A stretch of DNA of 62,812 bases from a virus: the IMG/VR virus record IMGVR_UViG_3300019458_000022; one strand, given 5' to 3'. Positions 8,715 to 16,747 of this stretch are shown here, one piece after another; the first letter of the stretch is position 1, and the number at the start of each line of letters is the position of its first letter. A program made the translations under genes and the position numbers. The notes under the pieces are model-generated. The model worked only from the letters and a program-made list of their open reading frames with translations, was not told the origin of the DNA and searched no databases.

Positions 8715-9071
8715 TTAGCAGATCCACCAGGCGCCATCCCATTCGATCTCCGGCATACCTTCGATGGCTTTTATGACAACGGCTTGGCCGAATTCCGGGT
8801 CGTCCGTCTGGTGGTAGATCAACCCGAATTCCGTGGAACCCTCAGCTTGCCATTCACCGCCTCCAAGAAGGAGGCGTGAGATCGACAGCTTCAATTGCAG
8901 GAGTTTTGATCTGAGTAATCTTGCGGTTCTCGGCTTGGCCCGGTGAAGAGCCTTTACCCAGATGAACCATGTATGGAAGTATTGGTCGTCGTACTTGATC
9001 CTCACCTCGATCTCGTTCCCCTGGTAGAAAAGTGAGGTCGCTATACATGTCAGCGCATTCTTGGTCGGCAT
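8715..9071 (-). CDS. hypothetical cargo protein
   Basis: 118-aa, lower-GC ORF between the repeat copies. Confidence 0.6.
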   Translation of the reverse strand: MPTKNALTCIATSLFYQGNEIEVRIKYDDQYFHTWFIWVKALHRAKPRTARLLRSKLLQLKLSISRLLLGGGEWQAEGSTEFGLIYHQTDDPEFGQAVVIKAIEGMPEIEWDGAWWIC

Positions 9072-9102
9072 TTTTCAAGCCTCACGGAAGGCCAATTTAC
9101 CA

Positions 9103-9322
9103 CTCCGGACCACGGGTTGGAAGCGCTGGAAGCGGGGTTCCCGAGGATCTATGATCTACCCGTGGCGAAACGTGCGCCGTGCCTGGCCTATCACCGCGTC
9201 CGGAGCGGCCCCAAGGGCGTGCAGCCGACACTCCGGAAGGGCGCCAAGGTCTAACCGATCACCCGGTCCAACTCCTCCACCTGCCCCTCCAGGATCGTCT
9301 CGATGTCGCACCGCAGGGCCTT
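9103..9322. repeat. about 220-bp direct repeat, copy 2 (includes peptide ORF 9162-9254)
   Basis: Near-identical to 8463-8682. Confidence 0.92.
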
Positions 9323-9616
9323 CGCCGCGTCGGGCTCCTCCCTGTAGGCGTACTTCTCCATCTTCCGCCCCTGGACCCAGAGGACCGGATCGAAGATGCG
9401 TCCTTCGATATCGAGCCACGAGTGGAGGAAGCCCCTCAGCTTCCCGTACCGGGCGACCCCGTAGACCGGCCGGACCGCGTAGCCCTTGGTCTGGAGCCAC
9501 GCGGCGATGATCTCGGAGACGTCGGAGCAGCCGCCGATGACGAACTCCGGGTCGGTCTGGTAGAGGTAGATCGTCGCGCGCTTGGCGAGCGCCAGCGCCT
9601 CGGACTGCGTGCTCAC
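9251..9616 (-). CDS. transglutaminase/papain-like protein
   Basis: GGC...HSWLDIEGRIFD (C-H-D triad). Confidence 0.65.
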   Translation of the reverse strand: MSTQSEALALAKRATIYLYQTDPEFVIGGCSDVSEIIAAWLQTKGYAVRPVYGVARYGKLRGFLHSWLDIEGRIFDPVLWVQGRKMEKYAYREEPDAAKALRCDIETILEGQVEELDRVIG

Positions 9617-9687
9617 GGAAGGCCATTTTACCCATCCGGACCCCGGGTTGAAAGCGCTTGAGGCCAGTCGCGGAAGATCCTAGAATC
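9611..9687. promoter_or_regulatory. divergent promoter module
   Basis: Minus strand TTTCAA-17-TAAAAT; plus strand TTGAGG-17-TAGAAT; similar to the modules at about 8455, 9085 and 12120. Confidence 0.65.
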
Positions 9688-9777
9688 GTTCATCCGGATG
9701 GCGCGCCAGGAGTGCCGGTCAAGGATCGCCTGAAGAAGCTCAAGAAGTAGGCGCGCAGAAGGCTTGATTGGTGAGGG

Positions 9778-10227
9778 ATGCTCATATCCGCTTTCGGTGG
9801 AACGTTGCTGAGGCTTGCGGATGGATCGTGGGAATGGTCGGACGGAACGCCGGAGCCGCGTGTCAGGACGACGCCGCTCGGCTGGTGGGCACCAAACTTT
9901 CGGGTTGTCAATATAAGAGGGCGGAATTGGGTAGAGATCCCAGAGCAATGGAGGGAACTCTACCATTGGGACCAGTCGCCTCAAGTTGAAGAAGCGGTTA
10001 CCTCTCTTGTCGAACGCCATGGAGAACGCTATGGGGTCTACGCCGAAGGGCGCGCCGAAGAGGAAGACGATCCGAGGGCAACGCGCCCAGGATGGCTCGT
10101 GCCTGCCGAAGAATGGGACGTGATCATGAGCGAACCGGCAGGTATTACCTGGGATAAGGTGCATGAAGAGGACATTCTGAATAAGGCGCAACACCTTGGG
10201 TGGACCGGCGCGGGACAGTTGGGATGA
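9778..10227 (+). CDS. hypothetical protein
   Basis: 149-aa ORF with SD GAGGG. Confidence 0.6.
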   Translation: MLISAFGGTLLRLADGSWEWSDGTPEPRVRTTPLGWWAPNFRVVNIRGRNWVEIPEQWRELYHWDQSPQVEEAVTSLVERHGERYGVYAEGRAEEEDDPRATRPGWLVPAEEWDVIMSEPAGITWDKVHEEDILNKAQHLGWTGAGQLG

Positions 10228-10252
10228 TTCACTGAAGACTTGAAAGGCGCGT

Positions 10253-10468
10253 ATGAAACGTATCCGACTTGATGAGGCGCTTCTACTGGCCCAGGATGCG
10301 CTATATCACCAGTTAGTCGGACGCCCAGAAGATCTTGAGCATGCCAGGGTGATCGAGGCGGCGATGACGAAGATCGGCGCCGAACTCCGGTCTTATGGAT
10401 ACAAGACTAGGGACGTGACCGTCACTACGACTCTAGGAAAGTTCACGGTGCCCGACGTCGCACGATAG
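10253..10468 (+). CDS. hypothetical protein
   Basis: ORF with SD AAGG. Confidence 0.55.
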   Translation: MKRIRLDEALLLAQDALYHQLVGRPEDLEHARVIEAAMTKIGAELRSYGYKTRDVTVTTTLGKFTVPDVAR

Positions 10469-10526
10469 CCTTGAAAGATGCCTGCGAAAGTGGATCGAGA
10501 AGTCCATGGACTGGTAGGGCCATCGG

Positions 10527-10940
10527 ATGATCCTCTACCGTGGAACACCGCAGCCGGAAAGCGTTGCCAGACCGAGGGAGTACGCCTGCGCATTCTTCTC
10601 ACCGGATTTCGAGTACGCGGCCCAATACGGCCGCTATGTTCAGAAATATAAGGTCGATCGCCAGCGGCTTCTCGATTTCCGGGATGAGGACGCACATCGG
10701 CTTACGTTTGAATTCACCGGTCATCGACCGGCGCGCCACATGAATGACCCGGTCATGCTCGACCTTTTCTGGCACCCGACCCGAAGTTGGGTAGAATTCG
10801 TTTCGGCGTCCGGTTATACAGGGACGTCCATGGGCTGGAACGTGTGCATTTTCGACCTGGCCGGATTGAAACTCCTTGGGCGCTGGAGCGTGGAATGGCC
10901 GAAGGGCCGGGTGCGCGCGGTACGGCTTCCGTTACTATAG
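10527..10940 (+). CDS. ADP-ribosyltransferase-like protein
   Basis: LYRGT...FFSPDFEYAAQYG. Confidence 0.55.
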   Translation: MILYRGTPQPESVARPREYACAFFSPDFEYAAQYGRYVQKYKVDRQRLLDFRDEDAHRLTFEFTGHRPARHMNDPVMLDLFWHPTRSWVEFVSASGYTGTSMGWNVCIFDLAGLKLLGRWSVEWPKGRVRAVRLPLL

Positions 10941-10971
10941 ATAGCTATGGACACGTTAGAGCGACCCCGTC

Positions 10972-11442
10972 TCACCGATCCAGGATCAGCCATTCTGCCT
11001 GCATGCCCGGATATTGGCTTTCGTCACGGAGGCGCATGCGCCAGGTCTCAATCCCCTCGATCGAAACGGCCTTGACCGGTCTCGCAAGGACGCAGATGAC
11101 GCCGTCCCGGCCGTAATCCCGGGCGAACTCCCCCGCAATACTCCTGTTCGAGGTCCAAGAGCGGAAGCCCATGGGTCCAGGAAGACAATCGCTCTTTTGC
11201 CCCCGGTAGAATACACCGAACCATGGGCGGAACGGCTTGATGCGGAGAAGGATCTCGATGAGCCGCTCCAGAACGTCGGCTGACGTCATGAAGACGTCGG
11301 GGTCCCGGGCCGTATAGAGCGCGACGGCGTTGAAAAGTTCATCGTCGTCGGCAATGAGCGCCTCAGCCTCTTCCGAAGCGATCGCCTTCCTCGAAACCCT
11401 GAGCTTGGGCAGTCGTCGGATCAGCGTCTCGATCTCGTCCAC
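10972..11442 (-). CDS. R-S-E ADP-ribosyltransferase-like protein
   Basis: FYRGQ...SWTSNRSIAGEFA...QAEWLI. Confidence 0.65.
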   Translation of the reverse strand: MDEIETLIRRLPKLRVSRKAIASEEAEALIADDDELFNAVALYTARDPDVFMTSADVLERLIEILLRIKPFRPWFGVFYRGQKSDCLPGPMGFRSWTSNRSIAGEFARDYGRDGVICVLARPVKAVSIEGIETWRMRLRDESQYPGMQAEWLILDR

Positions 11443-11455
11443 GCGGTACCACCGG

Positions 11456-12124
11456 CTAAAGAACCATCGGCTCCACGGCTTCCGGATCGCTCCAGATTTC
11501 CCGAACTAGGCCGCTGTTGCCCTCGATCGGGGGCGTAATCGGGACCCCATCCAGATGCGTCACGAGGACGGGCACGTTCGGCAGCAGGCTGACCTCCCAT
11601 TGGTCCTCGCCGTAGTACATGAAGGACGTGAAGCCGTACTCCCAGTCCACGTCCGACGCCTTGACGAGGCCCGTCATGACGACGTCGCGCGTTTCCACGC
11701 TGCTATGGGGCACGACACCGAAGACGCCCGCGCCGCGCGGGTCCTTCGACCACGCCTTGCCCAGATCGTCGAAGTGGACGACCGGGTTTCCTTCGGAATC
11801 CAAGGGGACCCGCACGGCCCGGTAGATCGTCACCGCTCCATCCCGATAGACGTCACGAGCGAAATCGCTGTAAATCTCAGCGCGTTCCCCGTAGAACTCG
11901 TCGCCGAGACCGCGGTGCTGCTCGTTCATCTCCTCGACATAGGACTCCAAGTCGCCGACGTGCCGTAGTGCCCACCGGAAGGCCGTGGCGCCGTCGCGCA
12001 GGAAGGATGGGACCTTCCGGTGCTTCATGGTCCAGGCCATTGTACGGAACAATTGGTGGGCGGGGAAGGACTGGAACCTCCGGCCTCCACCGGCTTTCGC
12101 CAGCGCCTCGGACTGCCCGCTCAC
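11456..12124 (-). CDS. ADP-ribosyltransferase-like protein
   Basis: IYRAV...LGKAWS...EDQWEVSL; related to 41487-42071. Confidence 0.55.
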   Translation of the reverse strand: MSGQSEALAKAGGGRRFQSFPAHQLFRTMAWTMKHRKVPSFLRDGATAFRWALRHVGDLESYVEEMNEQHRGLGDEFYGERAEIYSDFARDVYRDGAVTIYRAVRVPLDSEGNPVVHFDDLGKAWSKDPRGAGVFGVVPHSSVETRDVVMTGLVKASDVDWEYGFTSFMYYGEDQWEVSLLPNVPVLVTHLDGVPITPPIEGNSGLVREIWSDPEAVEPMVL

Positions 12125-12280
12125 GGAAGACCGTTTCACCCCTCCACACCCGGGTGGAAAGCGCTGGAAGCGGGGTTCCCTGAGATCTATGATCTACCCG
12201 TGGCAAAACGCGCGTCTTGCCTGGCCTATCATCGCGTCCGGAACGGCCCCAAGGCAGTGACGCCACACTGGAACCAATGA
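12119..12280. repeat. divergent promoter module + peptide ORF 12200-12280 (copy 3)
   Basis: Diverged copy of the 9081-9254 module; peptide stop overlaps ATG 12277. Confidence 0.85.
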
Positions 12281-12936
12281 CGCTCGAAGCACGACACTTC
12301 GTCGCCGGAGGCCCCGCGGTGGTGGACCGGATTAGCGCCGCCGGGGTAATCCTCCCCTCCGCCGAACGGATGTACAGGTCCGACGCCATCCAGGCATGTG
12401 ACGTCTGGTGGTACAACAATGTGATGCTGGACTTACCATTTTATGCCGGAAAAAGGACTATCAAAGACCGATGGCGTTCGGCGCTTCTTGATATTGTCTG
12501 GGAACGCATTGACGAGCTACCGGAGGAGCCTGCTGGAAAACGCCTGCCGACTATGATTGGCTGTCTCGATATTATGGCGGGAGACCACGAGAATGTCTTT
12601 CTGGCGGTTGATGCCTGGGTGAGTTATCCACGAAACGGCTTCGTTTTCGACGCCTTCGAACTCGTTGCAAAAGGCGCGGGCATCCGGCTTGACGATTTCC
12701 GGGATGGTTACCGGCTCGCACTCACGAAAACGGGCCGGGCAAAGAGCGTCGGCGCGATGAGGGATGCTATTCTGCGTGCGATTGGAACGGTTAAGCGCCA
12801 CGAACTTCACGGACGCGAAGCGAAGGAGGCGCTTTTGAGATTCCGCCACGGGGAATATACCGAGGTCGTCTGGCCTGGACCGCTTCCCGTAGAATGGGCG
12901 ATGGCCGTTTGGAAGCAAGATTCACAGGTGGCCTAA
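12277..12936 (+). CDS. hypothetical protein, possibly ART-fold
   Basis: RH...GVILP...VFL...GFVFD...EVVWPGPLP. Confidence 0.55.
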   Translation: MTLEARHFVAGGPAVVDRISAAGVILPSAERMYRSDAIQACDVWWYNNVMLDLPFYAGKRTIKDRWRSALLDIVWERIDELPEEPAGKRLPTMIGCLDIMAGDHENVFLAVDAWVSYPRNGFVFDAFELVAKGAGIRLDDFRDGYRLALTKTGRAKSVGAMRDAILRAIGTVKRHELHGREAKEALLRFRHGEYTEVVWPGPLPVEWAMAVWKQDSQVA

Positions 12937-12997
12937 CGTAGACGACACTCCCCGGCTTGATACGCAGAATCCGCTGCGTGTGACATCTTAAATTCGG

Positions 12998-13075
12998 TGG
13001 CGGGCAGGGAAGGACTTGAACCTCCGACCTCCACCGGCCTAAGCCAGCGGCGCTCTTTCTCTGAGCTACCTGCCC
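12998..13075 (-). ncRNA. tRNA-like RNA 2: the anticodon arm is an 8-bp stem with a UUAG tetraloop
   Basis: GGGCAGG/CCTGCCC acceptor, GCTC/GAGC D stem, GGAGG-TTCAAGT-CCTTC T arm, encoded G-CCA; CCGCTGGC-TTAG-GCCGGTGG replaces the 7-nt anticodon loop. Confidence 0.8.
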
Positions 13076-13079
13076 ACAA

Positions 13080-13152
13080 TGGTGGGGAGGCCACGGCGCG
13101 ACCCGTGGACTTCCGGACCGAAGCCCGGCGTGCCGCTTGACACCACCTCCCC
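13080..13152 (-). ncRNA. tRNA-like RNA 1: the anticodon arm is a 6-bp stem with a UUCG tetraloop
   Basis: GGGGAGG/CCTCCCC acceptor, A-CCA end, D-like stem GTGTC/GGCAC, CCGGGC-TTCG-GTCCGG, T-like stem CCACGG/CCGTGG with a non-canonical loop. Confidence 0.7.
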
Positions 13153-13158
13153 GCGCGA

Positions 13159-13509
13159 TCAGTTCGAGACCTCCTCGTGTTCCGGACTCCAAAGAGGGAA
13201 CTTCTTGAACGCCTTGCGCGCGTCGCCCGAGATGGGCTCCGTCGCGAACGCGGTCGCCTGGTCTCCGAAGTCGTCCTCGACCCAGAGGTAGTGGCGGATT
13301 CCGCGGAGCGAGCAGTTGGCGGCGGCTACGCGGAGCGCGGCCTCGTCAGGGACGGTGCAGAACACGATCGAGGAAATGTCGCGTGGGTTTCCGAATCTGA
13401 TGCCGCACTCGTGGGCGGCGTGGAGAGCCTGAACGGCCTGGTGGACGGCGGGAATGTCCGAACGGACGACGACGTAAATGTAGCCCTTGGCTTCCTACGT
13501 GTCCTTCAC
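13159..13509 (-). CDS. Pth2-like peptidyl-tRNA hydrolase with an in-frame UAG (13495-13497)
   Basis: SD AAGGAGGT, then GTG AAG GAC ACG TAG GAA...; YVVVRSDI....QAVQALHAA...EDD..DQATAFATEP pattern of the PTH2 family. Confidence 0.8.
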
Positions 13510-13577
13510 GGCAACCTCCTTCTTCTGGTTCGAGAAGACTTCGTTCGCTTTCATCAGCAGCAGTTTCAACGATAGAA

Positions 13578-13606
13578 AGACTATCCTGCAATCCCCCATG
13601 TGTCAA
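13578..13606 (-). promoter_or_regulatory. sigma70 promoter of the pth2 / tRNA-like operon
   Basis: TTGACA-17 bp-TAGTCT. Confidence 0.75.
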
Positions 13607-13615
13607 GAAAAAAAT

Positions 13616-13689
13616 TGGTGCTCCCGCCGAGACTTGAACTCGGCTGCGGGCTTTTAGAGAGCCCTGGCCATCCGCTGGCCCACGGGAGC
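13616..13689 (-). tRNA. amber suppressor tRNA, anticodon CUA
   Basis: GCTCCCG/CGGGAGC acceptor, GGCC/GGCC D stem, GGGCT-CTCTAAA-AGCCC anticodon arm, CCGAG-TTCAAGT-CTCGG T arm, A-CCA. Confidence 0.92.
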
Positions 13690-13707
13690 GGGATCGTCCA
13701 CTCACCG

Positions 13708-13736
13708 ATTCTAACCCACGAACCCCACATTTGTAA
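13708..13736 (-). promoter_or_regulatory. promoter of the suppressor tRNA (-35 partly supplied by the IS right end)
   Basis: TTACAA-17 bp-TAGAAT. Confidence 0.6.
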
Positions 13737-14990
13737 CGATCCCCAGCCCTAAAGGGCGGGGCTTTTGACTGAGCTATGAGGACGACCGAAGAAGTCCAGA
13801 AGCTCGCCAATACGGGTGGCGTTACGATCACCGCGTATCTCTCGCGGTTCCACCCCGCCCGCGGCGACGTTCACGGAGGCGTTCGCATCCGCGTCCATCC
13901 TCCCGCAGGTTGCGCAAAGAAACTTCGCCCCGTCCCGTCGTCCGATCTTGGAGCATTTGTGGCAGGTCACGCTTGTGCGGAACGGGTTGACGTGCTCCGT
14001 CACGAGCCCGACGCGGAGTGCCTTGTATTCGGAGAACGTCTGGCACTCCCGAAAGGCCCACCCAGCAACCATCCGGTTGAGATGGGGGTTGCGCGTCCGG
14101 GTGCGCTTCCGGATTCCTTTCAAATCCTCGAACCGGATGACGCCGAACCCACCCCTGAGAGCTTCCTCCACGATGGACTTCGAGACGTTGTGGTTCACCC
14201 ATGCCTTCCAGCGCCGCTCCCTGCCGCTCAAGCGTCTCAGGGCGCGCTTGGCGCCCCGAGTGCCTTTGCTCTGAAGCGACGCCCGGACACGGGCAAACTC
14301 CGCTTTCTTGGCCTGAACTGCTACACCAGATATTGTCTTGCCGCTCGACATCGTGGCGATGTTGTGGATGCCGAGGTCAATCCCGAGAGGCGGGCCTCCG
14401 CGCTTCGGAGGTTCTGTTTCTTCAATAGCGATGTGGATGTCCCAGTTCTTGCCGTTCCGAACCACACGAGCACAGGTAGGTTGTTTCCCGACAAGTTGCT
14501 CCCTTTGGAACCCGCCGATCTTGAGCGGGATGTGGAGCCTTCCTTTGAGCGTAGTCACGGAGACTGTCTCGTCCGTCTCTCGGTAGTCGAAGATTCGAGC
14601 ATCGTAGTCGATGCTCGTTGGACGAAACTCGGAAACGCGCTTTCCGCGCTTGGCGGCGATCTTGACGGCGTAGGCGACCCGAGCGATGGCACGGATGGCG
14701 AGGTTGGCGGAGAGGCCGAAGTCCTTCCGTATCTCCCGGTAGCAAGCGCGCTGGAGCTTGACCTTGTTGGAGGTCTTGAGCCTACGGGAATGGCCGAGGA
14801 CGGCGTTGCAGGCATTGGCGAACGCCTTGGTTGTTTCGAAGAGCGCCTGTTCCATAATTGGCGTGGGAGCCATCCTGCATTTGACGGTACGTTGCATTAA
14901 GAAGAAGCTATCACATATGGTTTTTGATGTCAAAGAGGGCGGCGCTTCCTCCCCACGGCTGAAGCCGGGGGCTTCCGCGCCGTCCAATTC
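13733..14990 (-). mobile_element. IS200/IS605-family (IS1341-like, TnpB-only) element
   Basis: Left-end hairpin GAAG-CCCCCGGCTTCAGCCGTGGGG after target TCAC; right-end hairpin AAAG-CCCCGCCCTTTAGGGCTGGGG ending in TTAC; no tnpA. Confidence 0.85.
13749..14897 (-). CDS. tnpB: RNA-guided endonuclease TnpB
   Basis: LGIDLG, FEDLKGIR, TSVTCHKC...CATC, DADANASVNV; own promoter TTGACA at about 14927. Confidence 0.93.
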   Translation of the reverse strand: MQRTVKCRMAPTPIMEQALFETTKAFANACNAVLGHSRRLKTSNKVKLQRACYREIRKDFGLSANLAIRAIARVAYAVKIAAKRGKRVSEFRPTSIDYDARIFDYRETDETVSVTTLKGRLHIPLKIGGFQREQLVGKQPTCARVVRNGKNWDIHIAIEETEPPKRGGPPLGIDLGIHNIATMSSGKTISGVAVQAKKAEFARVRASLQSKGTRGAKRALRRLSGRERRWKAWVNHNVSKSIVEEALRGGFGVIRFEDLKGIRKRTRTRNPHLNRMVAGWAFRECQTFSEYKALRVGLVTEHVNPFRTSVTCHKCSKIGRRDGAKFLCATCGRMDADANASVNVAAGGVEPREIRGDRNATRIGELLDFFGRPHSSVKSPAL

Positions 14991-15032
14991 GTGAACATGG
15001 AAAGGGTTCCCCGAGGGCGGTAGAATAACCGG

Positions 15033-15488
15033 ATGGGACGTCGCATCACGGAGGCTGAGTTCCAAAGCGTCCTCGCGGAGGTCCGCGACAGGATTCTTGA
15101 TCGGATGGCCGAGACGGGCTTCTGGAACGAAGGCGTCCTGCGTCGCGACGCCACCACCTGGGACATCAACAACGGTTGCTGCGAGGAATTCGCCGACGAA
15201 GTGATCCTAGAACTCGCCCAAAGGTACGGCCAGGGCTTCCCCGGCGAACATTACGAGACTTTCGCCTACCGCGCAACCGGCGCCGAAGCCATCGAACTTC
15301 CCGATCCCGACGACCCCGACGATTTGCTAGGTCATGCCGTTGTCATTTGGAGAGGGCGGTACTACGACGCGGAGTGCATCACCGGCGTAAAGGACTGGAA
15401 GACGCTTCCACTTGTCAAGAATCGTGATCTTAGCCGCCAGGAGATGCTCCTCAAGCGCCGAGGAGACGCGCGTTGGAGTAGGTGCTGA
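15033..15488 (+). CDS. papain-like fold protein (leaderless)
   Basis: INNGCCEEFA...GHAVV..RGRYYDAE; ATG 6 nt after TAGAAT. Confidence 0.65.
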   Translation: MGRRITEAEFQSVLAEVRDRILDRMAETGFWNEGVLRRDATTWDINNGCCEEFADEVILELAQRYGQGFPGEHYETFAYRATGAEAIELPDPDDPDDLLGHAVVIWRGRYYDAECITGVKDWKTLPLVKNRDLSRQEMLLKRRGDARWSRC

Positions 15489-15794
15489 ATGGGTTGGGCC
15501 ACTCACGCAGTTGAGGCTCTTCTGGCTGGTCAAAGCGTCCAGGTCCGGCCGCGCGGCCACTCGATGCGCCCGCGGATCTGCGACGGAGACCTCGTCACCC
15601 TCATTCCCTGCGATCCCGACGCCGTCGTCGTGGGCGACGTCGTCCTCGTACGCATGCGGGGAAACTGGCTCCTTCACAAGGTCACGGCGATCGACGACTC
15701 GCGCTTCCAAATCGGCAACAATCATGGGAAGATCAACGGTTGGGCAGGCCGCGCCAGCCTCCTGGGGAGAGTCACGGAGGTCCGAAGGGCCTGA
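15489..15794 (+). CDS. S24/S26 family peptidase
   Basis: GHSMRPRI.DGDLV...GDVVL...LLHKV. Confidence 0.8.
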   Translation: MGWATHAVEALLAGQSVQVRPRGHSMRPRICDGDLVTLIPCDPDAVVVGDVVLVRMRGNWLLHKVTAIDDSRFQIGNNHGKINGWAGRASLLGRVTEVRRA

Positions 15795-15805
15795 AAGGGC
15801 AGCCG

Positions 15806-16342
15806 ATGGGCGATCCGCACAATCCGAACCGGGCCGGAGAATGCTGGGACCAGCGCCGGATCGACCTCCAACTGGAGGAATTGGCGGCGGTCCAGGATCT
15901 CGTGGTCGTCTCCGGCGGCTGGGCGTGGCATTTCATGTCTCCGCCCGGCCACGCGGAGGTCAAAACCCAGCACGACCACAAGGACATCGACGTCTTCGTC
16001 CGGCCGACCGACTTCGGGGACTTGAGAAGCGCGCTCATGGCCCGCGGATACCAGCGCGCGCGCACCCAGTACGACGATCCGTCCGGCAACTTCTACAGGT
16101 TCACGAAGTTCTTCTCCATCGGCAAGGTCGTCTTCGACGTTTTCCTGGACGAAGTGCCCTCGATCGAGGTCGGCGGCTTCCGGATCGTCGAACCGGGGCG
16201 CCTCCTCTCGTTCTACGGCGTGAAGCACACGAGCGAGGAGTGCCTGGCGGTCCAGGAAGCGCGCAAGTTGGTCGCCCGGGGCGAGAGCCCGGTCGGGAAA
16301 TCAGAACTCGTCTACGGTTCAGAGAAATTGATGGATGCATAA
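15806..16342 (+). CDS. nucleotidyltransferase (ANT(2'')/Lnu-like fold)
   Basis: VSGGWAWH...HDHKDIDVFV. Confidence 0.7.
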   Translation: MGDPHNPNRAGECWDQRRIDLQLEELAAVQDLVVVSGGWAWHFMSPPGHAEVKTQHDHKDIDVFVRPTDFGDLRSALMARGYQRARTQYDDPSGNFYRFTKFFSIGKVVFDVFLDEVPSIEVGGFRIVEPGRLLSFYGVKHTSEECLAVQEARKLVARGESPVGKSELVYGSEKLMDA

Positions 16343-16351
16343 AACCTAGCT

Positions 16352-16687
16352 ATGCTTTATACAAAAATAGCACCAGACCCGACGTATTGGGGAGCTTCCA
16401 CTTATGATCAAGCTACGCGCTTTTCTAAAGCTGTCGAACGCGCACTCCTTCGTGCCGGATTTGAAGCGGCTGGCGTGCAAAGTGAGGGAACGACTGATGA
16501 GCACTGGATTTATGTGGTTGATGATGGGTCGGATGTTGAAGAACAATGGGAATGGTTTGATGTTTGGGCAAGCGGAGGTGCTCGGGCGGTTTATGCTGCG
16601 GCTCGGAAAGTAGTCAAACACGCACACACGGCCAAAACTCGTAGTCTACCACATGGCCGAAAGCGATGGATGCCGAAGGAAGGGTAA
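16352..16687 (+). CDS. hypothetical protein, C-terminal RKRW
   Basis: ORF ends GRKRWMPKEG. Confidence 0.6.
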   Translation: MLYTKIAPDPTYWGASTYDQATRFSKAVERALLRAGFEAAGVQSEGTTDEHWIYVVDDGSDVEEQWEWFDVWASGGARAVYAAARKVVKHAHTAKTRSLPHGRKRWMPKEG

Positions 16688-16747
16688 TGGCCATCAAGCA
16701 CCTTGGCGAGGCGTTCTTTATCGGTTAAGGACGACGAATCCGGAGCC

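Noticed and set aside
8478-12170. RKRW enrichment explained as a DNA motif (GGAAGCGCTGG in the promoter module)
   Set aside because: Tagged genes use many different synonymous codons and always keep the coding frame, which points to protein-level selection.
7205-12280. Integron (integrase plus cassette array)
   Set aside because: I see no IntI-specific insertion or attC-like RYYYAAC...GTTRRRY hairpins; the repeats are promoter modules.
12998-13075. Ordinary tRNA-Leu(UAG)
   Set aside because: A 7-nt loop centred on UAG breaks the stem pairing, there is no long variable arm, and the D-loop GG is absent.
13510-13570. Hammerhead-like CTGATGA in the pth2 5' region
   Set aside because: There is no properly placed GAAA core or flanking stems; the segment may simply be an in-frame upstream start (ATG 13554).
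13616-13689. Pyrrolysine tRNA, or genome-wide TAG recoding
   Set aside because: The tRNA has a canonical 5-bp anticodon stem, D-loop GG and TTC T-loop, unlike tRNA-Pyl. No pyl genes are present, and many tightly packed genes end cleanly at TAG.
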